DNA of 64,000 nucleotides from Chrysemys picta bellii (Eukaryota), in the NCBI RefSeq assembly GCF_011386835.1, contig NC_088801.1, forward strand, positions 2,666,001 through 2,730,000. The letters are read 5' to 3'. The position numbers were made by a program, and so were the translations under genes. The stretch's first letter is position 1. Each line of letters opens with the position of its first letter. A model generated the notes under the pieces. The model ran no database searches, was not told the origin of the DNA, and worked only from the letters and a program-made list of their open reading frames with translations. Below, one piece after another: positions 42,645 through 54,100 of this stretch.

Positions 42645-44129
42645 CGTCTCTGCCAGCCAGAAACAAACCTGCTGCTAAAACAAAAAGGGAAAGACTGAGC
42701 CATGGGCTGCCGATGCCAAAGCTCAGCACAAGGGGGCGACATAGCTATAGGGCCGAGGTGTCAATCATAAGACCCACAGGCGGATCTGGCCCAGATTACG
42801 TCTTTACGAGGCCCCGTCCACGTGGCACGTTCAGATTCGTCACCATCTGAGCTTTCTTTAAAACGCAAAGCTAGTTTGTAGCCCTTACGGATGCGGAGAA
42901 AACCCTTCCAAACCTGAACCACGGGTAACGGTACAGCAACATCTGCCTGTAGCAACAGACCCTCGACATGGGGGAGATGTTACAGTCCCGAATGTACGTC
43001 TCAGCCCACCAAGCACAATTAGACCCAGAATTCATCCCTCTTCCCCTAGTGACTCTCACCCTGACAGAGAGGATCCCGGCTTGCTTTGGGCACAACTCTC
43101 AAACTGAAGCAGCACTGGTGCCCATATGGGAGCCCAAGCACCACTGTCATCAGGCCGGCTGCCTCCTGAGTGCCCCCTCGGGGCCTAAGGTCCCGCTGCG
43201 GCAGCCCCGCCTCAGTTTCCCCACTTGTTAGGGCTTTCTCCATTACATTACCAAAGCAAACTTTCTGCAAGTTCAGCAACCCCCCTCCCAGGGCTGGATT
43301 TCTTAATGTAACAAAATAGTTAAAATGAGTTCTCCGCCCCCGATCAAGTCCATGTTCCTAGTCCTGCTGGAGGCCTCCCCGCTCTGAGCCTTTTCTCTGA
43401 AAACTCGGGGGTCCCTGCTGGACCCTACTCACCTTCAGCACTCTCCAGTCCCCCTTTCCCAGAGCATTCCCCCCCCCAGCATCCTGCTGCCCTGTACAGG
43501 GGAACCACCTGCTCCCTGCCCAGGTTCGCCATTAGTAACTAGTGCTGGGCCCTTAAAGAGCATCACCACCCTTGAGATGCAGACCCAGAGCAGATTGCAG
43601 CCTTCACCATGGAGCAGCGGCCAGCAGGGAACGCAGCATCTTGACTCCTGGCCATAGTCCTCAACGGGTCGGGGGCCCCATAACTTTTTGTGCTGCAGGA
43701 AGAGAAGCAGCCCCTAGAGTGCTACAGTCATCTGGGAGGATGCAGCCAGGACAAGGCTCTCGGGAGCGGGGACAAGGAGTTCTTGGGGAAGGGTGGAGAG
43801 TGGTGGAACACCACGATAGGCCACAGGAGGAGTCTGGGGGTACAAGAGTGTAAAACCAATCTCGGCTGTCTCAGGTGAAAAGTCAAACCTGAGGCTTTAT
43901 CATTAAAAGCCTCCGGGCTGTAAGCTGTGGGAAAAGCCTGTTGCAATTACTGAGGATTTATTGCTGCAACTAGTCACCATGCACCTCCGGTTGCATCCCG
44001 AAGGCATGTCCCGGGCAGCTGGGGGCCTGGAGGCGACGGAGACAGAAGCAGCCTCCCCCGTCTGTGATGGCAGTGGAAGGTCCAAAGCCACAGAGCCGTC
44101 CTGGATCAAGCTGTGGAAATGGTTCCCTT

Positions 44130-44300
44130 GTAAGACAGCGTGGGGTAGTGGACAGAGGGGGGTTCTATTCTTGGCTTGATTTAGGGCAAGTCCCTTCCCT
44201 TCCATCTCCCCGTCTGTAAAACACAGGTGATGATACTGGCCTTGTCTGCAAGGCGCTGAGAGATCCACCGATGCAACGGCTCTCTAAAAGTGAGGGATCG
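44130..44300 (+). mobile_element. MIR/CORE-type SINE fragment
   Basis: gggggttctattcttggcttgatttagggcaagtccctt...ccatctccccgtctgtaaaacacaggtgatgatact...gcgctgagagatcc. Confidence 0.45.
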
Positions 44301-45131
44301 TTAGTAACAGGGGCATCGACAGGATGCAGAATTTGGGTGGCAGTTAGGTTTAATCCTCAAGTCCTGTCCCAACCTCTACCTCCCTGATGTTCTCTTGCCC
44401 TGTTACTGAGGGAGCCCGTCGAGTAGTTTGCCTCACATGTTGTAGAAAAAGTGCCGTATAAATAAGTTGATTGTATCGCAGGGACCTGCTCTCTCCTTGG
44501 GCTGCACCTTCCCACCAATGAGGAGATCCAGCATTTTTCAGTAGTTGATGCCCTTTACGTGCATCAGTGACTTAAGCTCACGTGGCCCTGGGACGGGAGT
44601 GGGGGGAGCATGACCGCTCCCTTTGCAGAGCTGGGGAAGCTGCAGCTCAGAGGGGAGCAGGAGGTTATGGCAGAGTCAGGAACAGAATCCAGAAGTCGTG
44701 GGTCTCCACCTGCTCAACAGGCTGACTCCCTGCACAGCCAGGGAAAGAACCCAGGAGTCCTGACCCCAGCCTGGAACCAGCCAACACATGGCCGCAGCTC
44801 TCAGCGGGTAGGGAGATGGTTGGCTCGGTGCGCCAGCTGCAACAGGCAGCATTACAAGGGCCATGCTGAGGGAGCCTGACCCTGCTGGACAGAGGCCCCG
44901 ATCCCGCCACACCTCCTCCTTTCATGGGGTCTGCACCTCCCGTAAAGGAGCCAGAACCCCCCTCTCAAGTTCCCCTTTCATGGAGTCTGACCCCCTTCTG
45001 AGCCTTCCCCACTGTAATAGGATCTGATTCCCCTGACCCCCCACCACCACTGTAAGGCAGCCTGAATCCCCCAGACCAGTTCTCCCAGCCCATGAGGTCT
45101 GATCCCACTCACCCTATAAGGGGTGTGACCT

Positions 45132-46790
45132 CATGGGGCCGGCCCCCAGCAGCTCCCCCTCTGCCCTAGCAGCCCCTATTCCCTTCCACCCCCATGGGGC
45201 CAGCCCCCAGCAGCTCCCCCTCTCCCTAGCAGCCCCTATTCCCTTCCACCCCCATGGGGCCAGCCCCCAGCAGCTCCCCCTCCCCCTAGCAGCCCCTATT
45301 CCCTTCCACCCCCATGGGGCCAGCCCCCAGCAGCTCCCCCTCCCCCTAGCAGCCCCTATTCCCTTCCACCCCCATGGGGCCAGCCCCCCAGCAGTTCCCC
45401 CTCCCCCCTAGCAGCCCCTATTCCCTTCCACCCCCATGGGGCCGGCCCCCAGCAGTTCCCCTCTCCCCTAGCAGCCCCTATTCCCTTCCACCCCATGGGG
45501 CCGGCCCCCAGCAGTTCCCCCTCCCCCCTAGCAGCCCCTATTCCCTTCCACCCCCATGGGGCCGGCCCCAGCAGTTCCCCCTCTCCCCTAGCAGCCCCTA
45601 TTCCCTTCCACCCCCATGGGGCCGGCCCCCAGCAGTTCCCCCTCTCCCCTAGCAGCCCCTATTCCCTTCCACCCCCATGGGGCCGGCCCCCAGCAGTTCC
45701 CCCTCCCCCCTAGCAGCCCCTATTCCCTTCCACCCCCATGGGGCCGGCCCCCAGCAGTTCCCCCTCCCCCCTAGCAGCCCCTATTCCCTTCCACCCCCAT
45801 GGGCCGGCCCCCAGCAGTTCCCCCTCCCCCCTAGCAGCCCCTATTCCCTTCCACCCCCATGGGGCCGGCCCCCAGCAGTTCCCCCTCCCCCCTAGCAGCC
45901 CCTATTCCCTTCCACCCCCATGGGGCCGGCCCCCAGCAGTTCCCCCTCCCCCCTAGCAGCCCCTATTCCCTTCCACCCCCATGGGGCCGGCCCCCAGCAG
46001 TTCCCCCTCTCCCCTAGCAGCCCCTATTCCCTTCCACCCCCATGGGGCCGGCCCCCAGCAGTTCCCCCTCCCCCCTAGCAGCCCCTATTCCCTTCCACCC
46101 CCATGGGGCCGGCCCCCAGCAGTTCCCCCTCCCCCCTAGCAGCCCCTATTCCCTTCCACCCCCATGGGGCCGGCCCCCAGCAGTTCCCCCTCCCCCCTAG
46201 CAGCCCCTATTCCCTTCCACCCCCATGGGGCCGGCCCCCAGCAGTTCCCCCTCCCCCCTAGCAGCCCCTATTCCCTTCCACCCCCATGGGGCCGGCCCCC
46301 AGCAGTTCCCCCTCCCCCTAGCAGCCCCTATTCCCTTCCACCCCCATGGGGCCGGCCCCCAGCAGTTCCCCCTCTCCCCTAGCAGCCCCTATTCCCTTCC
46401 ACCCCCATGGGGCCGGCCCCCAGCAGTTCCCCCTCCCCCCTAGCAGCCCCTATTCCTTCCACCCCCATGGGGCCGGCCCCCAGCAGTTCCCCCTCCCCCC
46501 TAGCAGCCCCTATTCCCTTCCACCCCCATGGGGCCGGCCCCAGCAGTTCCCCCTCCCCCCTAGCAGCCCCTATTCCCTTCCCTTCCCCCCCAGCAGCCCC
46601 TATTCCCTCCTCCCCATAGGGCCAGTCCCCTGCAGCCCCCCCTTCCCTTCCCTTCCCTTCCCTCCCATGGGACCAACCCCCAATAGCCCCCCCTCCCCCC
46701 TAGCAGCCCCTATTCCCTTCCATCCCCATGGGGCCAGCCCCCAGCAGCCCCCTCCCCCCATGGGGCCGGCCCCCAATAGCCCCCCCTCCC
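45132..46790. repeat. ~61-bp C-rich minisatellite, about 24 copies plus a degenerate flank (BCS1L intron 1)
   Basis: Unit catggggccggcccccagcagttccccctcccccctagcagcccctattcccttccacccc repeats from 45132 to about 46580, then degenerate copies to about 46790. Confidence 0.98.
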
Positions 46791-46799
46791 GGACGCGGC

Positions 46800-47150
46800 A
46801 GGAGCCCCCCGCCGTGAGCAGGTCCCGTCCCCTCTCCCCCGCCCTTACCGCCAGGCAGCGCCGCTCTGTCCCTCCAGCCTCCCTCACTCTACGGTTCCGG
46901 TCCGCCGAGGGACCCCGCTCTCTAGCCCTCGTCTCTATGGTTCCTGCTCCGGCCCGGCTCCCCCTCCCCGGCACCATAGAGTGCGGGGGCCGCGGGAGAG
47001 AAGGGCCGGATGGGGCCGCCGCACAAAGGGGGCCGCTCCCGGCCGGAGGCACCATAGAGATGGGCCGCTCCGGGGGCAGCGCGAGCCGAGCCCCTCAGGT
47101 GAGGGGGGGCCGGGGCGCTGCAGCCTCGCGAGCGGGGAGGGGCCGGGCCC
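46800..47150. promoter_or_regulatory. CpG-island bidirectional promoter of BCS1L and ZNF142
   Basis: CpG-rich; outward-facing consensus donors GCG|GTAAGG on - at 46849/46848 (BCS1L non-coding exon 1) and CAG|GTGAGG on + at 47098/47099 (ZNF142 non-coding exon 1); four copies of a TCT(A)(T/C)GGT(T/G)CC motif. Confidence 0.85.
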
Positions 47151-48489
47151 GGCCCGCGCAGCCGGGGGCCCAGAGAGGGTGTGGGGGGCTCGAGGGGGGG
47201 GGGGAGGAGGAGGAGTTCCCCACAGAAGGGAGAATGGGAGGGTCCCAGGGGAGGGGTTCCCGGGGGGGGGGGCAAGGGGAGGGTTAGGGTTCCCCGGGGG
47301 TTTCCAGGGACGATTCTCTGGGGGAGGGGGAGGGGGAGGGGTTGCCCGGGGAGGGGGAGGGGAGGGTTCCAGGCCCAGCCCAGAGGCAGGCTCAGCTACA
47401 CAGCCACAGTCCCAAGGGGAAGGGGATGTTCACAGTGCGGCAGGTGAGTGGGAGGGATCCCAAGAGGGAGGGTCAGGAGGAGTTTAAGCATCTCCCCCCA
47501 GAGGGGGGCAGTGGCAGGTGGGTGTAGGGGGCTCCCAGATGGGCGGGGGGATGGAGTTCTGCGAGGGGAGGGGCGAGCGTAGGAGATGGGGCCCAAGACC
47601 CAGGTGAGGGGTGCTATGGGGCTGGTTCCCTCAAATATCTGTGGCAGGAGCCCAGTTGGTGTGAAATTCAAACCCAGGAAGTGTTTTAAACCGGGGAACT
47701 GCTGTCTCCCAAGCACCTTGGAAACTGCTACTAAGACTTGCCTTTCTCTGGTAGCTGGCGTCTTACGGGTTCTCAAGGTGCTTTCCATATATATGCGTGC
47801 AGGTGTATAATCAGCCTTGCAAAATCTCCCACGTGTCCTTTGCCACAAAGCTGATCATGAAAAAACAAACGATATTTTACGCACCTGCTAAAAATATTTC
47901 TGAAGTTATACAGGTGATTAGAATTTTGTAAGGCTGACGTGTATCTGACTATCCGCCATGGAAATGCAGCCACCTCTGGCATGGAAATGCAGTGACGGTT
48001 TAATAGCACACAGCAACATCATGGAACTGTTTAGAACAGGGACTGAAGAAGAATCCTGTATCCAGGAGGGAATTGAAGAAGGTGCAATGGAATTGACCAA
48101 ATGGGAATTTGTTCATTGCATAAGCATTCATTGTGTGACTTTTACATCCATGTAGACGTGTCTTGGGATGCAATCGGGACATTATTATTATTATTGCCAC
48201 TGAACTTAGGTTCGGATGTGAGAGGTGCGGGTTCAGATGCCACCCATACGCTGGAAACAGCCTCATTGTCTATGGGACTGGTAACACAGCCGACAGACAG
48301 TTCTGGAGCCAGGCCCTGCTGCTTGGTACCTCCGGTGCCACTGGCGAGGTTATTGAGGAGAGTGACTTGGTGAGCATCGTGCCATTACTAAGCCCACCTG
48401 GGCAATGCAGGCACCAGGGTTAGGCTAATCCTTTGGACTAGCGGAAGAGGCAGTACTGAGAACTGGTGTAGACGTGTGGTGTAGACGTG

Positions 48490-49157
48490 TGTCACGGAGT
48501 CGCTGGGCGATGCTCTGGAAGCCAGTCAGGACTCTGGGGAGCCTCCTCTCCCTCGGAGCAGACTGTCTTCAGGGCAAGAAGCTCACACGGCTTCACCTTC
48601 CTGGGTTTGACTTTGGAGCATTCAGCATCTGCCCCTCCGTGCGCTTCCCACAGCGAGTCCGCCCAGGCGGGGTCCTGGGGAAGCCACAGGGTCCTGCACC
48701 CCCACTTCGCAGTCAGACGCGACTCTTAGCCAGCCAGTAACAGAGGTTTATTAGATGACAGGAACACGGTCTAAAACAGAGCTTGTAGGTACAGAGAACA
48801 GGACCCCTCAGCCGGGTCCATTTGGGGGTGGGGGGGGGCAGCGAGCCAGACAACCCCGTCTGCCCTCACTCCCTGTCCCCAGCCAGCTCCAAACTGAAAC
48901 CCTCCAGCCCCTCCTCTCTGGCCTTTGTCTCTTTCCCGGGCGAGGAGGTCACCTGATCTCTTTGTTCTTGAACACCTTTAGCATCTCCTTGCAGGGGGGA
49001 AGGGCTCTGGCCATTAGTTGCCAGGAGACAGAGTGTCGGCCATTTATGCACACTGGCCTTTATCCCACCAACTAGAGACTTAAGAAATGCATAGGGGAAA
49101 CTGAGGCACCCCTACAGTATTCAGAGGAAACATTAAGAACAGTCTCACTTTGTCACA
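48490..49157. mobile_element. Solo LTR (LTR retrotransposon/ERV), 668 bp
   Basis: Begins TGTCAC and ends GTCACA (TG...CA); 5-bp flanks ACGTG / ACTTG (one mismatch) as candidate TSD; no coding capacity. Confidence 0.65.
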
Positions 49158-51159
49158 ACTTGCCTGGCTCCCAGCAAGGTGGTTTGACTGGGGATTGGAA
49201 AGGGGGGTTAGAAGGCTGAGCATTGCTACCAAAAAACCTTCCCTCATGACGCCCCCAAGCCTGACACCCCCTTCTACCCAATATACCCCTGCCAACAACA
49301 GCAATAAAAGAGGAAATGAATACAATCTTAAAACCCCCAAATCTACACCAAGCAGAGGAGATGCACCAGAGACCCCATGAAATTCACTGGGGACTTCTCT
49401 ATTGCTCCCAATTTTATGTGGAAGCTGCCCAGAAACTACAGTGACGGGTGACAGGATAAAACCCATACAGTATCACAGACCTGGCTTCTGTGTAATAAGA
49501 TCTGTGTATGAGAGAGAACCTGATGGTGGTCAGAGAGATTAAGGCCAGAAGGGATCTTATAGCCTGACCTCCAGTATATCACACATTGCCAACAGCACCC
49601 TCACACAAACCCTACAACTGAAATGAGACCAAATTATTCCAGCCCCCAGGGGACTATGCTGTTCTGTGCCCCAGGCAGAGAATAGGAGGGACCGAGGGGG
49701 GATGAGAGGGCCTCGGAGCGGGTGTAGCTTTCAACAGCACAGATCAGTGCTTTGCCCCATCGCATGGGGCATTACAGCTGGACTGGCCAAAACACTGAAG
49801 ACTAGACTAGCTTGGCCAAGGGGGAGTGGAGCTGGTGGCTGAGGAAGCCTTTTCCATCTCTAATCCTGCTACAGTTCTGTTCTCATACCTCATCCTCTGG
49901 CTGTTTATATCGTGGCATTGCCTAGGAGCTCCAGTTATGGCCCCAATGGTGCTAGGCGCTGTACATACACAGAATAAAAAGACCGCCCCTGCTCCAAAGA
50001 GGTGACTGTCCAAGCATAAGACAAGAGACAACAGGTGCACACAGACAGAATGATGGGGGAGCACAAAATCGGCAGGTGAAACTGACCTGTCTAGTCCCTG
50101 TCCCAAAGTGTGAGTGAGTGACATAAACGAGTGACCAGCACATTCACTCGTTCAAAATTGAGTTGGATGTTTAAGTCTTGCAGCGAACACATCTGATCCC
50201 CCCAGACAAAGCCAGCTGGAGGCAGAGGGTGGCAGAGGAGCCCTAGGAGTTGTGGGAGCTGGTTGTGATTCAGTGGGGGCTCTTGTCTCTCTGAATTGGC
50301 CTCAACTCCCGTCCCCCCAAAAGGGGCCGGGGCCGCCTCTGGGCTGAGATGTAAAACGGAGTTCCTGACTATCTGCGATCACTAAAGGACACCTAGGCAC
50401 TTCTCAGAAGAGCTAAGATGTTTGTCCTGTGTCCTGGTCTGGTAATTCTAGTGTCCTTACGACTTTTCCTTCCTTGCGTTCATCTCATCCCTCCTCATCA
50501 GAGAGCAGCTCACTCATGATGCATCAGGGAAACAGACAAGTAGGTGACTAGTCGTCTACTTTCCCTCATGTATCTCTACAATTCCCGCGGCATTTCAGCT
50601 GCTCCCAGAATTCATCACATCCTGGCTTACACCGCTGCATAATGTTGCTGCGAGCTGTTCGATAGCTGCATCATGCCGCTGCAGAGGCAGCTGCATGTCA
50701 CTGTTAGGTGAAGTGATCCGAGTGTATGCCTTGGGCATCGGCCTGTAGGTCTGCAAAATGCTTTGAAGTCCTTTGGGCCAGTAGTGGTTATTGTTACAAT
50801 TAAAAAATATACATTATTCATGACAGGTAAGAACTTTAGCCAGGCTTTTAAAAAGAGATTGTATTTCGAGCACCTCGATATTGGGTATCCAATCCAACCT
50901 GAGACACCTTAAAAGGAGGGGCCTGCTTTTCACCCTGAGAACTCTTCTAAAAATCCAGCCCACTTACAGTATCTCTGGGTGGGCCCCCAAAATCACGTCT
51001 CTCTTTTGCAAATCGTTGCTTAGTGTCCTGAAAAGTCCACACCTTAAAAGGAGGCACCTCTGGAGTCTTGTGCTCTCCAGCCCTTTCAGTGCCGTCTGTA
51101 TCTTTTCAGAAAGAGATTTACTCCTCCGCAGCCCGGTGCAGGTTGGTGAGTGAAAGGCA

Positions 51160-54100
51160 ATGAGTGCAGAAGTGGTGACTGCAGAGCCCGCCGGAGGAGA
51201 GATGGATGCCCTGTGCCCAGGGCTGCTGTTGCCCACCTCGGGAGAGGCAGGAACCGGAGGACGTCAGGGGACCCCCAGTGACTGCGTGGCAGGGACGTCC
51301 CCGCTGACTGTGGGACAGAGCTTGTTGCTGACGGATGCGTCCATGGCTGGGGACGGAGCTCATGCAGAAGCAGCTGAGGTGGAAATATTTGTAGAGGCTG
51401 TGGCAGGCAACGTGTCTCTGAGCAGTCCAGGCAACACCACAGGTATGGCACACGTTGAGGGGGCAGCGCTCTACGAGAATCAAAGATCCTCCCAAGGGGT
51501 CGTCCCCCTGCCCTGCCACCCGCCCACGTGTCAGGGAGGCCAAGACTAGTTCTTTAGTCCCTTCTCTCTGGAGTCGCAGACCGGACACTCCAGCCAGTCT
51601 TGTGGGGCAGATTGTGTGAATGTGTCTTCCTGTGATGCCCATCTCCACCACTCACTGCGAGTGCCGGCCAGGCTGAGCAATGTGCAGTGACCAGACAGGC
51701 CCTGTCCAGCCCTGCTCAGCACCGTGGGCGGCCTGGCCTCTAAGCGCCGCCGGTTAGAGGCCGTGGCATGTTGTGAGCTTAGTCGATGATGTCATGGTGA
51801 ATCCATTCAGCGGGCTGGACCTTAACAGGCGCAGCCTGGGGCACAAGCAATGTGAGCTTCCTCCCCTGCCGCCCCACCCGGCCCTGGAGTTCAGTTTCCG
51901 GAGCCCCTTGAACCCTTGGCTTATCTGCTGAACTTCCAACATATGGTCCGCTTGGTTCTGGTGTCTCTAGCCTTTCTCCCCTCGGTTCTCTCTAGCACCC
52001 CTCACTGTAGTGGTGGCCTGTGTGCTGTGCCTGCCGTTCACCAGGAACTAGCCTGAAGGGCCCCCCATCACACACACACACTTCATGTCTCCCATAACAT
52101 ACCTCGAAGATAGGGACAAAACTTGCTGCCCTTGACCTGAGCTGCGTTTGAACTGGTGACCTCCAGGCGAAAGGCTCCAGGTCTCGATTGCAGCTGTCTG
52201 ATGTGCGTTCTCTCTCTCTCTCCTCCCACAGAGGTCTTGGTCAAAGTGGTTGAGCTGTATTTCTGCCAGAGGTGCGGCCAGAGCTTCTCTGACCCCAGCC
52301 TGCTGACCCAGCACCAGTGCATCACGTTAGCAGCCCCCGAGCACCTGGAGCTTCCGGGGGAGCTGCCGGCCCTGCCCAGCGAATGCAGAGGAGAACCAGC
52401 TGTCTGCCAGGAGCCAGCGCAGAGCTCGCCAGGAGCAAGCGGGCAGGACGGGGACCTTGGCTCCGCTGCTGAGCGACTGCTGTGCCCCGTTTGCAGGGGG
52501 GAGTTTGTGCTGCCCAGTGAGCTCAAGGAGCATTTTAAGACCCATCGCAGCATCCCGGGGGCCTTGGCCTGCCCTGAAAAAGTCTGCCACTTCACCACGG
52601 CGGACCGCAAGCAGCTGCGTGGGCACCTACGGCGCGCCCACAAGGTGTCCCCAGTCTCCTGCGCCTACCGCGCCTGCCCGCTCTTGTTCCGGAGCTGCCA
52701 GGACATGAAGCTGCATCACAGGAATCACTTCCCCTTCCACTGCGGCCGCTGTGACTTCGTCAGCTCCAACGCCAAGCTCTTCAGGCAGCACACACAGGGC
52801 CACTCGCCGGAGAGCAGGGTGGGCGGCGAGCCCCCCGCCGAGACGGGGCGGATGGAGGCGACCTGCAAGTGCGACTTTGCTGCCATGGGCGGGCAGGTCC
52901 CCAGCAAGTCCCTGCGTCTGCGCTGCGGTACCTGCTGAGCCAAGGGAACGGGGGGGGAATGGGGCAGACTGAGAGCTCTCTGTCTACAGGACAGACACAG
53001 TGGCTGGCAACAGGGCGAGCGCCCCACCTTGCCCCTACCCAGGTGTCTCAGCCCTAGGGCTGCCAGGGGAGCTCAGCATGCTAACAAGGGGGGCCCCTCA
53101 CTGCCAGTTGGGGTGGAGATTCCTGCCCCGTAGCACCTGGCTGAGGCCATCTGGCTACTTCCCACAGGGGTGAAATGGCAGTGGGGTGAGCGGTCACTGC
53201 TGAGCTAAGCTGTCCTGCTGGGTGGAGCCGTCTGGCTGCAGGGAGTGGGGGGTGTATAATGACGTCCCAGTGACCCAGAGGTAGGCGACAGACGCCCCTC
53301 CTGTGCTGTTAGCCGCTAGGAAGCGGCTCCTCTCCCCAGACGCTGATGGCTAGGGTAGGAGAGAGGGAGAAGTCCTGGGTTCTTCCCCCAGCTCTGAGAC
53401 TGACTCACTGCGACTCTGAACAAGTCGTTTCCCCTTTGTGCTGTAAAACGGGGGTGATGCTCCTGACCCACCACCCAGGAGCGGGGACTCAGCGTCCACA
53501 AAGCAGGTTTGATCTTCCAGTGGGAGGCGCAGCAGGAGGGTCGAGTGTTGTGTGGTCCTTCCCTGGTCTGTTTGGGTTGGTCCAGTGGCCAGCTGCATGT
53601 GTGCATCCCCATTCATGTGAGAGAAGCCCGGCAGCCCAGAAGGGGAAGACGCCAGGGTCAAGTGTCAGCGGGGGCTGCTTGTTCCTTGAGCACTGAGCTT
53701 TGAAAGAGCAGGTCCCTCCTGGGCGCTGGTGCTTCCCCTGGGGTGCGGCTGGCCGGGGGAGTTGCAGAGTTCATGCAGCCGACCTGAAGGGAAGCTTTAT
53801 GGCTCAAAGTGCTGCGACTGGAACTGCAGGCTGGGAGAAAAGAAATCCGGATCGTCCCTGAAAAGCAGGAATAAACCCCTAAAGAACCAAAATTCCCAGC
53901 TGCTCTCTACTAGGATACAATGGCTCGTCCAGCCGTTGCTCTCAGCCAAATGAGCAGTGCCTGGAGACTACAAGTCCCAGCATGCAGTGCTCCATCTGAT
54001 CTAAGCAACCAGGCTGTCCCACATCCTGGCACCTGTGGTTTGAGCCGTAGGCCCATATTAAAAATGAGGACGGCTGCACTCAGCTCTGTTCCATACTAGC

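Noticed and set aside
46346-47487. 313-aa and 168-aa ORFs spanning the VNTR and BCS1L/ZNF142 promoter
   Set aside because: Translation of the repeat and CpG island; low complexity and no homology cues.
51141-51151. Consensus donor TTG|GTGAGT 14 nt before the ZNF142 ATG that could skip the start codon
   Set aside because: Such matches occur often by chance and usage cannot be judged without RNA data.
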